Positions 61,896-64,000 of a DNA stretch of 64,000 nt are shown here, one piece after another. Positions within the stretch are counted from its first letter, which is position 1. The number at the start of each line of letters is the position of its first letter. Under the pieces are notes generated by a model. It was not told the DNA's origin, did not search any database, and was given only the letters and a program-made list of their open reading frames with translations. Made by a program: the position numbers and the translations under genes. The stretch comes from Selaginella moellendorffii (Eukaryota > Plantae > Lycopodiophyta): NCBI RefSeq assembly GCF_000143415.4, contig NW_003314297.1:620001-684000 (forward strand), given 5' to 3'.

Positions 61896-62637
61896 ATGGA
61901 GCTTCTACACCTCAACCAGCACGAGTTCACAGACGCGGGCCTGTCACTCGCGCCGCCTTCGTCCTTCTGCTTCCAGCCGATACCCTCCTTTGTAAGAACA
62001 CCCACCGCCGCCGCCGCCACGACCGAGGAGAGCAGTAGCAGCGCTGGCGCCGAGGTAATCAACAGCAGCAGCAAGAAGCGCAAGATCGACGACCACCGCA
62101 ATGCTGCTGCTGTGAACATTCCCGATCGTGATCTCCAGCTCGACGTTCATGGCGCGCGCAACGTTAACAGCTGGCCGATGCGGGACGTGAGCCTCCACCT
62201 CTCAGCGCAGCCGCTGCCGAAAGGCTGGGAGCAATGCTTGGATCTCAAGGTTACTTCCGCTCCAGAAGATTTTTCTCCAAAATATCAGTCACTCACTCTT
62301 GTCAATGCAGGCGGGAGAGATGTATTACTTCAATAAGGCGCTTGGGCTGCGAACCAGGGATGACCCACGTATGGGATTCGATTGGAGCAGCGGCAACAGC
62401 AGTCATTCCCTGGCGGCCACCAAGGACATGGCGTCGCTCCTCGAGATGAACAACACCTACAGGATGGCCTTGGCGCAGCTGCAGCAGCAGCGGTATCGAT
62501 ATCATCAAGTCGTGCAGCGGCATTTGGATCTCAGCCGCAACCTGTCTTGCACCTGTGCCTCTTGCTCTTGGAAGCGCCAATTTGGCCGTAATCTCCACGA
62601 CGCCTCGGGTGCTATGGTCCAGAGGAAGCGAGGGTGA
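61896..62637 (+). CDS. WW-domain protein, CURLY FLAG LEAF1-like
   Basis: PLPKGWEQCLDLK|AGEMYYFN...DPR WW domain and an N-terminal LSLAP. Start codon inferred. Confidence 0.7.
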
Positions 62638-63225
62638 TTGCATGCTTGTTTTCCAATTCAATTGCGAACCCACAACTTCGAGCATTCACGCTGTTTATTG
62701 CGAAAGATTGGCGGTGGATTGACAGTCTTTGGTCGTATTCATGGAGGGTGTAAAACATACGGGGAGGGAATCACTAGAATCAATCCCACATTCATGAACA
62801 GAGGCTTCCAAGGGATGATGCGGTGTCCGGACCAAGTGTGTGCCTGGAGCTCCATCGTAGCAATGGCAATACCCAAAGCGGGCAATTCGCATTTTGCTGT
62901 GCGCGGGCGTGGCATTCTTATCAGGAACAAGTCAGAGCTGGGATGTGGGGGATTACGTCACACTCAAGATTTAGCTGCTGTCATTAAATGGTGAAAGTAT
63001 GTAAGTTACCACATAGTTTTACCAGTGTTGAAAGTGAAAGTATACATTACTTTCATATAATATTTTATAGTTTGATTTGGTGCATTGACCATGTGTATTT
63101 TTCAGTTTTAGGATTTGGCTTTTTGTTTTTAAGACTCCTATACCCGTGATTAATGAAACAATGCTGGCATTATTATAGTTGATTTTTAAATTCTGATTTA
63201 CAAAGAAAAAATGTTTTAAAATAAA

Positions 63226-63298
63226 TGGAGACGCCGGGTATCGATCCCGGTACCTCTCGCATGCAAAGCGAGCGCTCTACCACCTGAGCTACACCCCC
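63226..63298 (-). tRNA. trnA-UGC: tRNA-Ala(UGC)
   Basis: The reverse strand GGGGGTGTAGCTCAGGTGGTAGAGCGCTCGCTTTGCATGCGAGAGGTACCGGGATCGATACCCGGCGTCTCCA folds as a cloverleaf with G3:U70. A T-rich terminator follows. Confidence 0.95.
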
Positions 63299-63406
63299 AA
63301 GACGTTGTAAACTTCCAAAATTTTGCAACATATTATTACAAAACTATACAATCTATATCCACAGTTCTTTCTCGCACACGACCAACACAATAAATAATGG
63401 ACAAGG

Positions 63407-64000
63407 CTACGCGGCGATCTTTTGTTTCTCGGCGGAGACAAGGGACGTGTTGGCGATCTTGCCCTGGAGATTGAGCGCGCTCAAAAGGCGAGGCCAAGTC
63501 TCCGGGATCCCGCCAAGGATCTCAAAGTCAAGCAGCTTCCCCTGTGCTCTATAGTAGTCCTCCACGGGTCTCGACTGCAAGCAAGACGATGAATCAATCA
63601 CAAAACTATGGAGTTCTATGGCGTTCTTAGAGCACAGACCTCCAGGGAGTAGATCCGGACCCTTTCCCTGATCACTTCTTCCGTGTCGTCGCTTCTCATG
63701 GTCATCTTCTTGAGGCACCGCGGGGGTGGCAAGATGGCCGGCATGAAGATCCGGGGGAGAGTCTCGGTTTCTGGGACGTCCACGTTGGCGACATTGAAGT
63801 TGCCGTGACACTGGCTGCAAATCCTCCGCCCCAGGCACTTTGCAACCAGGACGTCCTCCCGCAGTCGCAGGTTGACGACCAGAGTTATGCTCGCGATCGA
63901 GTCCAGCGTTTTCTGCAACGAGAAAACACTCGAGTTTTACGTAAGCTTGACTACTTGAGCTACATAGTTGGCGATGGATCTGAGGAGAAAACTCACGGCT
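63407..64000 (-). CDS. ADK: Adenylate kinase, 3' exons (5' part outside the window)
   Basis: LREDVLVAKCLGRRICSQC, RSDDTEEVIRERVRIY and GGIPETWPRLL. Confidence 0.88.
   Translation of the reverse strand, partial: SREFSPQIHRQLCSSSSQAYVKLECFLVAENAGLDREHNSGRQPATAGGRPGCKVPGAEDLQPVSRQLQCRQRGRPRNRDSPPDLHAGHLATPAVPQEDDHEKRRHGRSDQGKGPDLLPGGLCSKNAIELHSFVIDSSSCLQSRPVEDYYRAQGKLLDFEILGGIPETWPRLLSALNLQGKIANTSLVSAEKQKIAA

Noticed and set aside
62638-62994. 118-aa ORF after the WW gene
   Set aside because: Non-ATG start and no motif; probably 3' UTR or intergenic sequence.

Overview
This is a gene-dense plant nuclear window with very short GT-AG introns (about 50-70 nt), GC-rich exons and a PPR gene built from 31-aa repeats. 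These traits suggest a lycophyte such as Selaginella; that is an inference, not a database match. There are three zones. (1) 0.8-9.5 kb: a REF/SRPP-like lipid-droplet gene, then a nest of decayed Ty3/Gypsy material, including two integrase relics in inverted orientation and a TSD-flanked solo LTR spanning an N gap. (2) 9.6-22.8 kb and 51-64 kb: tightly packed genes. These are an intronless FCP1/SCP-type HAD domain fused to a Tpt1/KptA RNA 2'-phosphotransferase, a PLS-type PPR, a 10-Cys secreted defensin-like peptide, MOS2, a PSTALRE-type CDKB, YY1, a NIP aquaporin, organellar uL1, a TPR-SET methyltransferase, TIC110, SmD2, a CFL1-like WW protein, tRNA-Ala(UGC) and adenylate kinase. (3) About 22.3-48.8 kb: a tandem segmental duplication carrying a YY1 3' exon, a tRNA-Ser relic, an AT-rich secreted bulb-lectin chimera, a class-3 lipase and dead peptide deformylases. 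The copies differ by a Helitron insertion, deletions and micro-inversions, and are separated by a TE island containing an intact TRIM. The most novel-looking items are the HAD-Tpt1 fusion and the fast-diverging AT-rich lectin chimera pair. All family assignments come from motif recognition by eye.
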